This document shows positions 7,714 to 15,716 of a stretch of 64,000 nt of DNA, piece after piece (the stretch's first letter is position 1; every line of letters begins with the position of its first letter). The DNA is from a bacterium (lineage in GTDB: Bacteria > Patescibacteriota > Minisyncoccia > Phycocordibacterales > UBA9973). The translations under genes and the position numbers were made by a program. The DNA is taken from the NCBI GenBank assembly GCA_037127795.1, contig JBAXXQ010000001.1:144252-208251 (forward strand), written 5' to 3'. Below the pieces are notes generated by a model that was not told where the DNA came from, searched no databases, and saw only the letters and a list, made by a program, of their open reading frames with translations.

Positions 7714-9411
7714 ATGCAAGAAATACTTACACAATTACTCAATCAGGCAATAGGGGAGCTTTTTGGTATACAGGATGTGGCTTTTTCTGTAGAACACCCA
7801 AAGGAGTTTGTACATGGTGATTTTGCTACCAATGCGGCACTTTTGATTTCAAAACAAATTGGCAAAAATCCTATAGAAGTTGCGCTCGCACTTGTTGCGT
7901 ATCTCGAAAATCACAAAGGAGAATATATTGAAAAAGTTTCTGTTGCTGGTCCTGGTTTTATAAACTTTGTGTGCAACAGGGAAGTATTTCTCCGTATCGT
8001 ACAAGGTATATTGGATGCGCCACAAGACTGGGGAAAAAATAATATGCATGAAGCAGAAAAAATTCTCCTCGAGCACTCAAGTCCAAATCTTTTTAAACCA
8101 TTTCATATAGGACATGTAATGAACAACACCATAGGAGAGGCGATCAAACGTCTTGCTGTGTATTCTGGTGCAGAGGTGTCTACTATCTCATATCCATCTG
8201 ATGTATCGCTCGGTATTGGCAAAGCTGTATGGTTTTTGCTTCATGACGAAGGAGTACAAAAAATTTCTGATGCGCCGTACCTTTCAAGTGAGCAGCTCAA
8301 CTATCTCGGAGATTGTTATGTGCAAGGGACACGCGCATATGAGTCTGATGAAAATATACAAAAAGAAGTGCGTGCAATTACTAAATGTATTTATGACAAA
8401 ACACCTGGCCCAGAATACGATGCATATCTTTTGGGAAGAGAAATTTCTCTCGCATATTTCAAAAATGTAGTCGCACGACTCGGCTCACAATTTGATGATT
8501 TTATTTTTGAAAGTGAAGCTGCAGTAGAAGGGGAAAAGCTAGTACGCCAACACACTGATATATTTACTCAAAGCGACGGTGCCTTTATTTATGCAGGAGA
8601 GCAAGACGGTCTACATACGAGAGTTTTTATAAACAAAGAAGGGTACCCAACATATGAAGCAAAAGATGTCGGGCTTTTGGCGCTCAAGTTTGCACGCTTT
8701 GTTCCTCAGATAAGTATCTTTATTACAGATCATGAGCAGACAGAATATTTTAAAGTAGTTGCAAGTGCTGCGGGGAAAATCCACAAGCAGTGGCAAGATA
8801 GTACTATCCATCGCACACATGGGCGAATGAGCTTCAAGGGGCAAAAAATGTCTTCACGACTTGGTGGGGTCCCTGTTGCACAAGAAGTACTCGATGCTAT
8901 CACCGAAGAGGTTCGCGAACGCGATAGTAGTTTGCCAAAACAAACACAAGATATGATTGCAATTGCAGCGCTCAAGTTTGTTATCTTGCGTACTATGGCA
9001 GGACGAAATATAAACTTTGATCCAGAGACATCGCTTTCTTTTGAAGGGGATAGTGGCCCATATCTGCAATACACTGCAGTCCGCGCGGGAGCGCTCATTG
9101 CAAAAGCGGGACATCAACACCTTGTACCAAAGCTTATGAAAACCCCACTCGAAGATACAGAGCTTTTGGAAAAAGTATTGGCACGATTTACCGAAGTTGT
9201 TGCGCATACTACAGAAGAATGGGCACCGCACTATATAGTGACCTATCTCCTCGAGCTCGCACAAGCATTCAATAGTTGGTATGGACAAACAAAGATTATT
9301 GATGAAGATGCAACACTCTCTATGCACCGCCTCGCTATCGCACAAGCAGTACAGATTACTATCATAAACGGCCTTTGGGTTCTCGGTATCGAAGTTCCAG
9401 AAAAGATGTAG
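7714..9411 (+). CDS. argS: arginine--tRNA ligase
   Basis: Arg_tRNA_synt_N-like N-terminus, HIGH motif PFHIGHVMN, C-terminal DALR-type anticodon-binding region. Confidence 0.9.
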   Translation: MQEILTQLLNQAIGELFGIQDVAFSVEHPKEFVHGDFATNAALLISKQIGKNPIEVALALVAYLENHKGEYIEKVSVAGPGFINFVCNREVFLRIVQGILDAPQDWGKNNMHEAEKILLEHSSPNLFKPFHIGHVMNNTIGEAIKRLAVYSGAEVSTISYPSDVSLGIGKAVWFLLHDEGVQKISDAPYLSSEQLNYLGDCYVQGTRAYESDENIQKEVRAITKCIYDKTPGPEYDAYLLGREISLAYFKNVVARLGSQFDDFIFESEAAVEGEKLVRQHTDIFTQSDGAFIYAGEQDGLHTRVFINKEGYPTYEAKDVGLLALKFARFVPQISIFITDHEQTEYFKVVASAAGKIHKQWQDSTIHRTHGRMSFKGQKMSSRLGGVPVAQEVLDAITEEVRERDSSLPKQTQDMIAIAALKFVILRTMAGRNINFDPETSLSFEGDSGPYLQYTAVRAGALIAKAGHQHLVPKLMKTPLEDTELLEKVLARFTEVVAHTTEEWAPHYIVTYLLELAQAFNSWYGQTKIIDEDATLSMHRLAIAQAVQITIINGLWVLGIEVPEKM

Positions 9412-9413
9412 AT

Positions 9414-9449
9414 AAAAACCGCACTTGTAAATAAGTTGCGGTTTTTTTA
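9414..9449 (+). terminator. Rho-independent terminator
   Basis: aaaaaccgcacttgtaaataagttgcggttttttt. Confidence 0.75.
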
Positions 9450-9472
9450 TTTTCTCTATACTATATCGATAT

Positions 9473-9949
9473 ATGATACACGAAAAAGAAGAGCAATCAC
9501 TTATTATTATTAAACCGGACGCAGTACAACGTAACTTGATAGGTAAGGTTATTACTCGTTTTGAAGAAAAAGGTCTCAAAATTATTGGGCTAAAAATGGT
9601 GTATTTGAAAGACGCTATTGTAGAAGAACACTATGCACACATTGCAGATAAACCATTTTTTCCTGGTATTAAGAAATTTATGCAATCAGCTCCTGTGGTA
9701 ATTATTGCTGTTGCCGGTATTCGTGCAGTAGATGCTATCCGTATTATCGTAGGTCCTACAAAAGGTTTTGATGCGACAGCGGGGACTATCCGAGGGGACT
9801 ATTCACTTTCTACACAATCAAATATCGTGCACGCATCTGATTCTACAGAAAGTGCAAAAATAGAGATTGCGCGCTTCTTTGATGACAAAGAATTGCTTGA
9901 CTACGACAAGGTAGATACAAAATTTATTTTCGCTGATGACTTGCTATAA
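9473..9949 (+). CDS. ndk: nucleoside diphosphate kinase
   Basis: LIIIKPDAVQRNLIGKVITRFEEKGLKIIGLKMV and the active-site segment NIVHASDS. Confidence 0.95.
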   Translation: MIHEKEEQSLIIIKPDAVQRNLIGKVITRFEEKGLKIIGLKMVYLKDAIVEEHYAHIADKPFFPGIKKFMQSAPVVIIAVAGIRAVDAIRIIVGPTKGFDATAGTIRGDYSLSTQSNIVHASDSTESAKIEIARFFDDKELLDYDKVDTKFIFADDLL

Positions 9950-10244
9950 AATAGGTGCCGTTCGACACTGAATTTTTGCACTGTCTATATTGTTTTAGGG
10001 GGTGAAATAGGTATACTGTAAGTACGGCTATTGTACATTATTACCGAGAACAAATTTGTTTTAGGGGAATCGCCGTGTTACATAAAATATTGAATTTTTT
10101 TATGAAATAAGATATGTGACCAGATACCCCACCTTAGCTTTCCGCTACGGTAATAGTGTATTAATAGCCGTAATAAAGAAATCCTTCCACAGCAATGTGG
10201 GGGATTTTTTTGTTTTAGTTACAAAACGCGGTACAATAAGAGTC

Positions 10245-11630
10245 ATGGATACATTGCATACACTCAAACTTACATTCGCAGGAGGGACAGGGTCAGTAAC
10301 AGGAGCAAACTTTTTGGTTGAAGCACCAGAGATCGATGGTGGATTAAAATTTTTGGTGGACTGTGGACTCGAGCAGGGGACAAAGATGGCAGATGACAAC
10401 AACTGGGCACCATTTACGTATGACCCAAGTACTATCGATATTCTTTTTATTACACATGCGCACATAGATCATATCGGGAGAATCCCAAAACTTATTCACG
10501 ATGGATTTAAGGGGCGAATTTATTCTACTATTCCTACAAAAACTATCACTGAATTGATGCTTGAAGATACTGCGAATATTCTCACACACAAATCAGATGA
10601 TGAAACGCTCAAGGCAATCTACAGTAAAGAAAATCTCAAAAAAGCAATGGAGATTTGGCATACACTTGATTACCATCAAGACCTCACCGAGGGGGCATTG
10701 GTATTCCGCTATCGTGATGCAGGGCACGTATTGGGCTCAGGTATGCTCGAAGTGATTTATAATAATAAAAAAATTGTTTTCACTGGAGACCTTGGGAATT
10801 CACCATCACCACTTTTGCGTGATACAGAAGTTTTGCAAAATGTTGATTATCTTATTATGGAAAGTGTGTACGGAGATCGTAATCACTTGCACCGTAGCGA
10901 AAGAAGAAAATTGCTCGAGCGTACTATCGAAGAAACATTTTCTCGTAAGTGTGTGCTCGTAGTACCGACATTCTCTCTCGAGCGTTCACAAGAATTACTT
11001 TTTGAAATTGACGAATTCGTAGAGCACGATCGTGTACCCAAGATGCCGGTATTTTTTGATTCACCACTCGGTATCCGTCTTACAAAAATTTATAAAGAAT
11101 TTTCTCGATACTTCAACGAAGAAGCACAACAAATGATCGGAGAAGGGGATGATATATTCAATTTCCCAGGACTCAAATCAACACTCCTTACTGAAGAATC
11201 AAAAGATATTTTGCATATTCCAAATCCCAAGATTGTTATTGCAGGAAGTGGTATGTCAAACGGAGGGAGAATCTTGCACCATGAAGCAAACTATCTTCCA
11301 GATGCAAACAATATTTTGTTGCTCACCGGATATCAGAGTCAGGGTACTATCGGAAGACATATTCAAGATGGCGCAAAGACAGTACATATAAATGGGGTAG
11401 ATATTCCTGTACGCGCAAAGGTGGTGTTTATTGATGGATATTCAGGACATAAAGACTCAGACCATTTGGTAGAGTTTGTAGCAGCAACTGCAGATAGTTT
11501 GAAAAAAGTATTCGTCGTGATGGGAGAGCCACAATCTGCACTCTTTTTGACACAAAGACTTCGTGATCATGTAGGGGTATACGCAGAAGCACCAGAAGGA
11601 GGTACGGTGACAATGCTTGATTGTAATTAA
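10245..11630 (+). CDS. beta-CASP family ribonuclease (RNase J-like MBL-fold RNA hydrolase)
   Basis: MBL motif HAHIDHIG, RNase J-like N-terminus (FAGGTGSVTGANFLVE...LVDCGLEQG), beta-CASP region; start set at the internal Met because a terminator-like hairpin overlaps the longer ORF. Confidence 0.7.
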   Translation: MDTLHTLKLTFAGGTGSVTGANFLVEAPEIDGGLKFLVDCGLEQGTKMADDNNWAPFTYDPSTIDILFITHAHIDHIGRIPKLIHDGFKGRIYSTIPTKTITELMLEDTANILTHKSDDETLKAIYSKENLKKAMEIWHTLDYHQDLTEGALVFRYRDAGHVLGSGMLEVIYNNKKIVFTGDLGNSPSPLLRDTEVLQNVDYLIMESVYGDRNHLHRSERRKLLERTIEETFSRKCVLVVPTFSLERSQELLFEIDEFVEHDRVPKMPVFFDSPLGIRLTKIYKEFSRYFNEEAQQMIGEGDDIFNFPGLKSTLLTEESKDILHIPNPKIVIAGSGMSNGGRILHHEANYLPDANNILLLTGYQSQGTIGRHIQDGAKTVHINGVDIPVRAKVVFIDGYSGHKDSDHLVEFVAATADSLKKVFVVMGEPQSALFLTQRLRDHVGVYAEAPEGGTVTMLDCN

Positions 11631-11650
11631 TAGTTTAGTAAATAATATAT

Positions 11651-12271
11651 ATGACAATAGGAGACAAGGATATTTTGGAAGTAGAAAAGCACGGACACAA
11701 TAAAATCAAGATCGGTGTATCTGGTGCCGCAGAAACAGGGCATTGCGGAGTAGATGCATTGGATAAGGCAAAAGCTCTTGGTGCAGAAATTGTAAAACAA
11801 GGTGCAGTGTTGGTGACTGGTGCAACAACAGGGTTTCCTTTGTGGTCATGTATGGGTGCAAAAGAAGCGCATGGTATTTCTATCGGGCTTTCTCCTGCAC
11901 AAAATGAACGCGACCATGTAGAGAACTGGCGTCTTCCTATTGATTATATGGATCTTATTATTTATACAGGGTTTGGTTTCCCGGGAAGAGATCTTTTGTT
12001 TACTCGTAGTTGTGATGCAGTACTTATCGGATGTGGCCGTATCGGGACATTTCATGAATTCACTATTGCATTCGAAGATGGTAAGCCGGTAGGGGTACTC
12101 GAAGGATCTTGGACAGCTGCTGATCAAATAAAAGAAATGATTGAAAAAAGTGGTAGACCAGGGGATAAGGTTATTTTTGATAATGACCCAGCAAAGCTCG
12201 TTGCTCGTATTTTGAAAATGGTAGAAGAAGACAAGCAAAAAATCAGAACCGAAGCGCCACAAGTAAAATAG
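11651..12271 (+). CDS. LOG / TIGR00725-family Rossmann-fold protein
   Basis: GCGRIGTFHEF matches the LOG PGGxGTxxE motif; about 200 aa. Confidence 0.55.
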   Translation: MTIGDKDILEVEKHGHNKIKIGVSGAAETGHCGVDALDKAKALGAEIVKQGAVLVTGATTGFPLWSCMGAKEAHGISIGLSPAQNERDHVENWRLPIDYMDLIIYTGFGFPGRDLLFTRSCDAVLIGCGRIGTFHEFTIAFEDGKPVGVLEGSWTAADQIKEMIEKSGRPGDKVIFDNDPAKLVARILKMVEEDKQKIRTEAPQVK

Positions 12272-12278
12272 TACTCAT

Positions 12279-14675
12279 ATGCAAGGACTTTCTTCTATAG
12301 AGGCAACAAAAAAACAAAAGCAATTTGGCAAGAATGAGTTTGTCCAAAGAGAGCACCAGTCAGCGGTACAAAGTTTTTTTGTTGAGTTTAAAAGTCCGCT
12401 CAACCTAGTCTTGCTTGCTGCCGCTGCTATTTCTTTTTTTACAGGAGCAACTACTGAAGCAATACTTATATTTTGTATTATTGTTGCAAGTTCAAGTTTG
12501 GATTTTATAATCTCATACAAATCTCAAAAAGCTGCAGAGCTTCTTGCAAAGCGAGTATTGTCGCAAACACGTGTATATCGAGATGGTGTCAGTGTCGTAC
12601 TTCCTATTACAGAAATAGTAGTAGGGGATATTGTAGTGCTTGCTGCTGGTGATGTCATACCTGCGGATGGGAAACTTATCTCGTCTAGTAGTTTGTATGT
12701 AAATGAGTCATCTCTTACTGGAGAATCTGTTCCGGTACAAAAAAATAGTATCGATCTCGTATTTATGGGGAGTGGAGTGGTGAGTGGTAGTGCTGAAGTA
12801 GAGATTGTTGCTATTGGGCAAGATACAAAATTTGGTGATACCGTGCACCTTCTTTCAAATAAAGAACAAAAAAATTCTTTTGAAAAAGGAATACAGCAAT
12901 TTAGTATGCTGATTACCAAGATTGCAATATTGCTCTGTGTGGTACTTTTTGTGGTTAATGCTGTATTGAAGCACTCTGTTGCAGATTCAGTATTGTTTTC
13001 TCTTGCGCTTGCAGTAGGAATTGTCCCAGAGCTTTTACCTATGATAGTCGCAGTGAATCTTTCACGTGCATCTATTCGCATGTCTAAAAAAGGAGTTATT
13101 GTAAAAAAACTTTCTGCCATAGAAAACTTTGGCAGTATGGATGTCCTCTGTACAGACAAGACTGGGACGCTCACCGAAGACAACATTGCTGTTGTGGAAT
13201 ATGTAGATATGCACAACAATTCTTCAGATGAAGTACTTCGCCTCGCATATATAAACAGTGCACTACATACAGCAACCAAGACACCGCTTGATGATGCGAT
13301 TATTGAAAAAGAATCTTTTGATATACAAAAATATTCTCTTATCACACAGCTCCCATTTGATTTTGATAGGAAACGGGATAGTCTCGTGGTGCAATCAGAG
13401 GGTGTTATAGAGTGTATTACCAAGGGTGCACCAGAGGCGGTATTTTCTGTATGTACCATGAGTGACGCAGACAAAGATACTGCACAAAAACTTTTTATAG
13501 ACCTCTCGACGCAAGGGTATCGTGTACTTGCTATTGCAACAAAAATATATGCAGGTCCACAAACAGAATATTCAACAGACGATGAAATAAATCTTACTTT
13601 TGTGGGGTTTGTCGCTTTTATTGATCCCGCAAAAAAAGACGTCTCTCACGTGCTCGAAGAAATGAAGCGTCGCTCTGTCGATGTAAAAATTATCAGTGGA
13701 GACAATCATCTTGTGGTAGAAAAAATCGCGCGCGACGTAGGGCTTATTTCTTTGGGTACACTACTTGGTACCGATATAGAAGATATGTCTGATGCAGACC
13801 TTGCTATAGCGATAGAAAAAACAACGCTGTTTTGTCGAGTAAATCCAGAACAAAAAAATCGTATTATTATTGCATTACAAAAAAACGGACACGTTGTCGG
13901 CTATATGGGAGATGGTATCAATGATGCACCGGCATTGCGTACCGCAGATATTGGTATCTCTGTAGAAAATGCTGTTGATGTTGCAAAAGAAAGTGCTGAT
14001 ATTGTATTGGTACAAAAAAGTCTTTCACAACTTATTGGGGGAGTAGTAGAAGGGCGTTCTACTTTTGTAAATACTATGAAATATATCAAAATGGCAATGA
14101 GTTCAAATTTTGGAAACATGCTATCAATGACGACTGCATCTATTGTGTTGCCGTTTTTACCTATGCTTCCGACACAGATTTTGCTCAACAATTTATTATA
14201 CGAAGTAACACAAGTACCTATCACACTCGACAGGGTAGATACTGAAGTACTTTTTACTCCGACACAGTGGGACATCAAAAAGTTGAAACATTTTATGATT
14301 GTGTTTGGTCTTGCTAGTTCTATTTTTGATTTCATTACGTTTTTTGTATTGTATAAAGTATTTCATTTGTATGGTGGTGGGTTCCAGACAGGGTGGTTCT
14401 TGGAATCATTCCTTACACAGACAATCGTTATATTCTTTATACGAAGTGAAAAGAGTATTTTCAAAGCAAGTCGTCCACACAAAGCACTTATATATACCTC
14501 GTTTAGTATCATTGTACTCGCATGGGCTATAGCTCTTTCACACATAGGGGGCTTGTTTGGATTTGCGCCACTACCAAAAGTAGTACTACTTACTATAGTT
14601 GCAATTTCTCTAGGATATTTTGTATTGGTTGAGTGTATAAAAAAGATACAAAGCTCTGCTATACTATCGAAATGA
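12279..14675 (+). CDS. cation-transporting P-type ATPase (MgtA/Ca-ATPase-like)
   Basis: Phosphorylation motif CTDKTGTLTEDN, hinge MGDGINDAPAL, TGES, about ten predicted TM helices. Confidence 0.85.
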   Translation: MQGLSSIEATKKQKQFGKNEFVQREHQSAVQSFFVEFKSPLNLVLLAAAAISFFTGATTEAILIFCIIVASSSLDFIISYKSQKAAELLAKRVLSQTRVYRDGVSVVLPITEIVVGDIVVLAAGDVIPADGKLISSSSLYVNESSLTGESVPVQKNSIDLVFMGSGVVSGSAEVEIVAIGQDTKFGDTVHLLSNKEQKNSFEKGIQQFSMLITKIAILLCVVLFVVNAVLKHSVADSVLFSLALAVGIVPELLPMIVAVNLSRASIRMSKKGVIVKKLSAIENFGSMDVLCTDKTGTLTEDNIAVVEYVDMHNNSSDEVLRLAYINSALHTATKTPLDDAIIEKESFDIQKYSLITQLPFDFDRKRDSLVVQSEGVIECITKGAPEAVFSVCTMSDADKDTAQKLFIDLSTQGYRVLAIATKIYAGPQTEYSTDDEINLTFVGFVAFIDPAKKDVSHVLEEMKRRSVDVKIISGDNHLVVEKIARDVGLISLGTLLGTDIEDMSDADLAIAIEKTTLFCRVNPEQKNRIIIALQKNGHVVGYMGDGINDAPALRTADIGISVENAVDVAKESADIVLVQKSLSQLIGGVVEGRSTFVNTMKYIKMAMSSNFGNMLSMTTASIVLPFLPMLPTQILLNNLLYEVTQVPITLDRVDTEVLFTPTQWDIKKLKHFMIVFGLASSIFDFITFFVLYKVFHLYGGGFQTGWFLESFLTQTIVIFFIRSEKSIFKASRPHKALIYTSFSIIVLAWAIALSHIGGLFGFAPLPKVVLLTIVAISLGYFVLVECIKKIQSSAILSK

Positions 14676-15493
14676 TTACCGTTATACAAGCAGCATTTTT
14701 AGGATTATTACAAGGTGTTTCTGAATTATTCCCAGTCTCAAGTTTGGGGCATAGTATATTGTTTCCAAAATTGTTCGGATGGAATATTTCTCTTGATGCT
14801 CCAAATTTTTTGAGCTTCATTGTATTAACCCACCTTGCAACAGCGCTCGTATTGCTCGGATTTTATTGGAAAGAGTGGTTTATGATTATTCGCGGAGTAT
14901 TACAGCGTGATGTATTGTATACAAAACTTTTGACATTACTTGTTATTGGGACAATCCCTGCGGGATTGTTGGGATTAATTTTTGAACACAAACTTCGCGC
15001 ATTATTTTCTACAACATGGATTGTGAGCGTGTGTCTTATTTTGAATGGAGTATTTTTGTTCGCCATAGAAAAATACAAAGGTACAAAAGTAGCGAATAAA
15101 AAAATAGAGACATTGAGTTTCTTGCAAGCATGCAAAATCGGAGTATTGCAATCATTTGCATTGATTCCTGGATTTTCTCGTTCAGGATTTTCTATGGGTG
15201 GGGGACTTATCGAAGGGCTCGACCATAGCCAAGCGGTACGATTTAGTTTTTTGCTTGCAACACCTATTATACTTGCAGCATCAGTACTTGAAATACCAAA
15301 ACTTTTTCATCAGCAAGATATTGCACAAAAGAGTATTTCAAGTGGAAGTCTTTTTGTAGGGGTTGTATGTGCGGCAGTAGGGGCATATGTTGCGGTACGA
15401 TTTTTGGAAAAATTTGTACAAACAAAAAACCTCAAACCATTTGCGTATTATTGTATTGGATTTGGATTTTTAGCCGTGTTTTTACTTAAATAA
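14672..15493 (+). CDS. uppP: undecaprenyl-diphosphatase
   Basis: LLQGVSELFPVSSLGHSILF and FSRSGFSMGGG are BacA/UppP signatures; overlaps the ATPase stop by 4 nt. Confidence 0.85.
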   Translation: MITVIQAAFLGLLQGVSELFPVSSLGHSILFPKLFGWNISLDAPNFLSFIVLTHLATALVLLGFYWKEWFMIIRGVLQRDVLYTKLLTLLVIGTIPAGLLGLIFEHKLRALFSTTWIVSVCLILNGVFLFAIEKYKGTKVANKKIETLSFLQACKIGVLQSFALIPGFSRSGFSMGGGLIEGLDHSQAVRFSFLLATPIILAASVLEIPKLFHQQDIAQKSISSGSLFVGVVCAAVGAYVAVRFLEKFVQTKNLKPFAYYCIGFGFLAVFLLK

Positions 15494-15496
15494 AAA

Positions 15497-15510
15497 TTGT
15501 GGTAGTATAG
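15497..15510 (+). promoter_or_regulatory. extended -10 promoter (TGG-TAGTAT) for the ileS leader
   Basis: ttgtggtagtat; the same TGGTA(G/A)TAT element recurs before rplJ, the surface-protein leader, S6, lemA and the uvrD-like gene. Confidence 0.5.
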
Positions 15511-15692
15511 GGTATAAGCGTTGAGGGAATATCACTCCTGAGCTTTGGGAAGAACACGAAAGTAAGTAGAACCCAACGGGTATGCTCGATATAGCTGTAA
15601 TAAGTCCAAGTAATTGGAGAACCAAGGTGGTACCACGAGAAAGCTCGTCCTTGCATTACATTGTAATGTAGCGACGAGCTTTTTATTTTTAT
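15510..15692 (+). ncRNA. T-box riboswitch leader (Ile specifier AUC)
   Basis: Specifier-loop-like gaatAUCAcuc; T-box sequence aattggagaaccaaGGTGGTACCACGag with UGGU bulge (discriminator A); terminator aaagctcgtc...gacgagcttttt directly before ileS. Confidence 0.7.
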
Positions 15693-15716
15693 AAGTATAA
15701 ATTTACATAACAACAT

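Noticed and set aside
10116-10244. N-terminal 43 codons of the 504-aa ORF, giving an earlier start for the RNase J-like gene
   Set aside because: The extension contains a hairpin plus U-tract terminator-like element and has no similarity to the beta-CASP N-terminus; the internal ATG at 10245 has a better RBS context.
12524-13474. 316-aa minus-strand ORF
   Set aside because: It is antisense to the well-supported P-type ATPase gene, with a low-complexity Ser/Thr-rich translation typical of a shadow frame.
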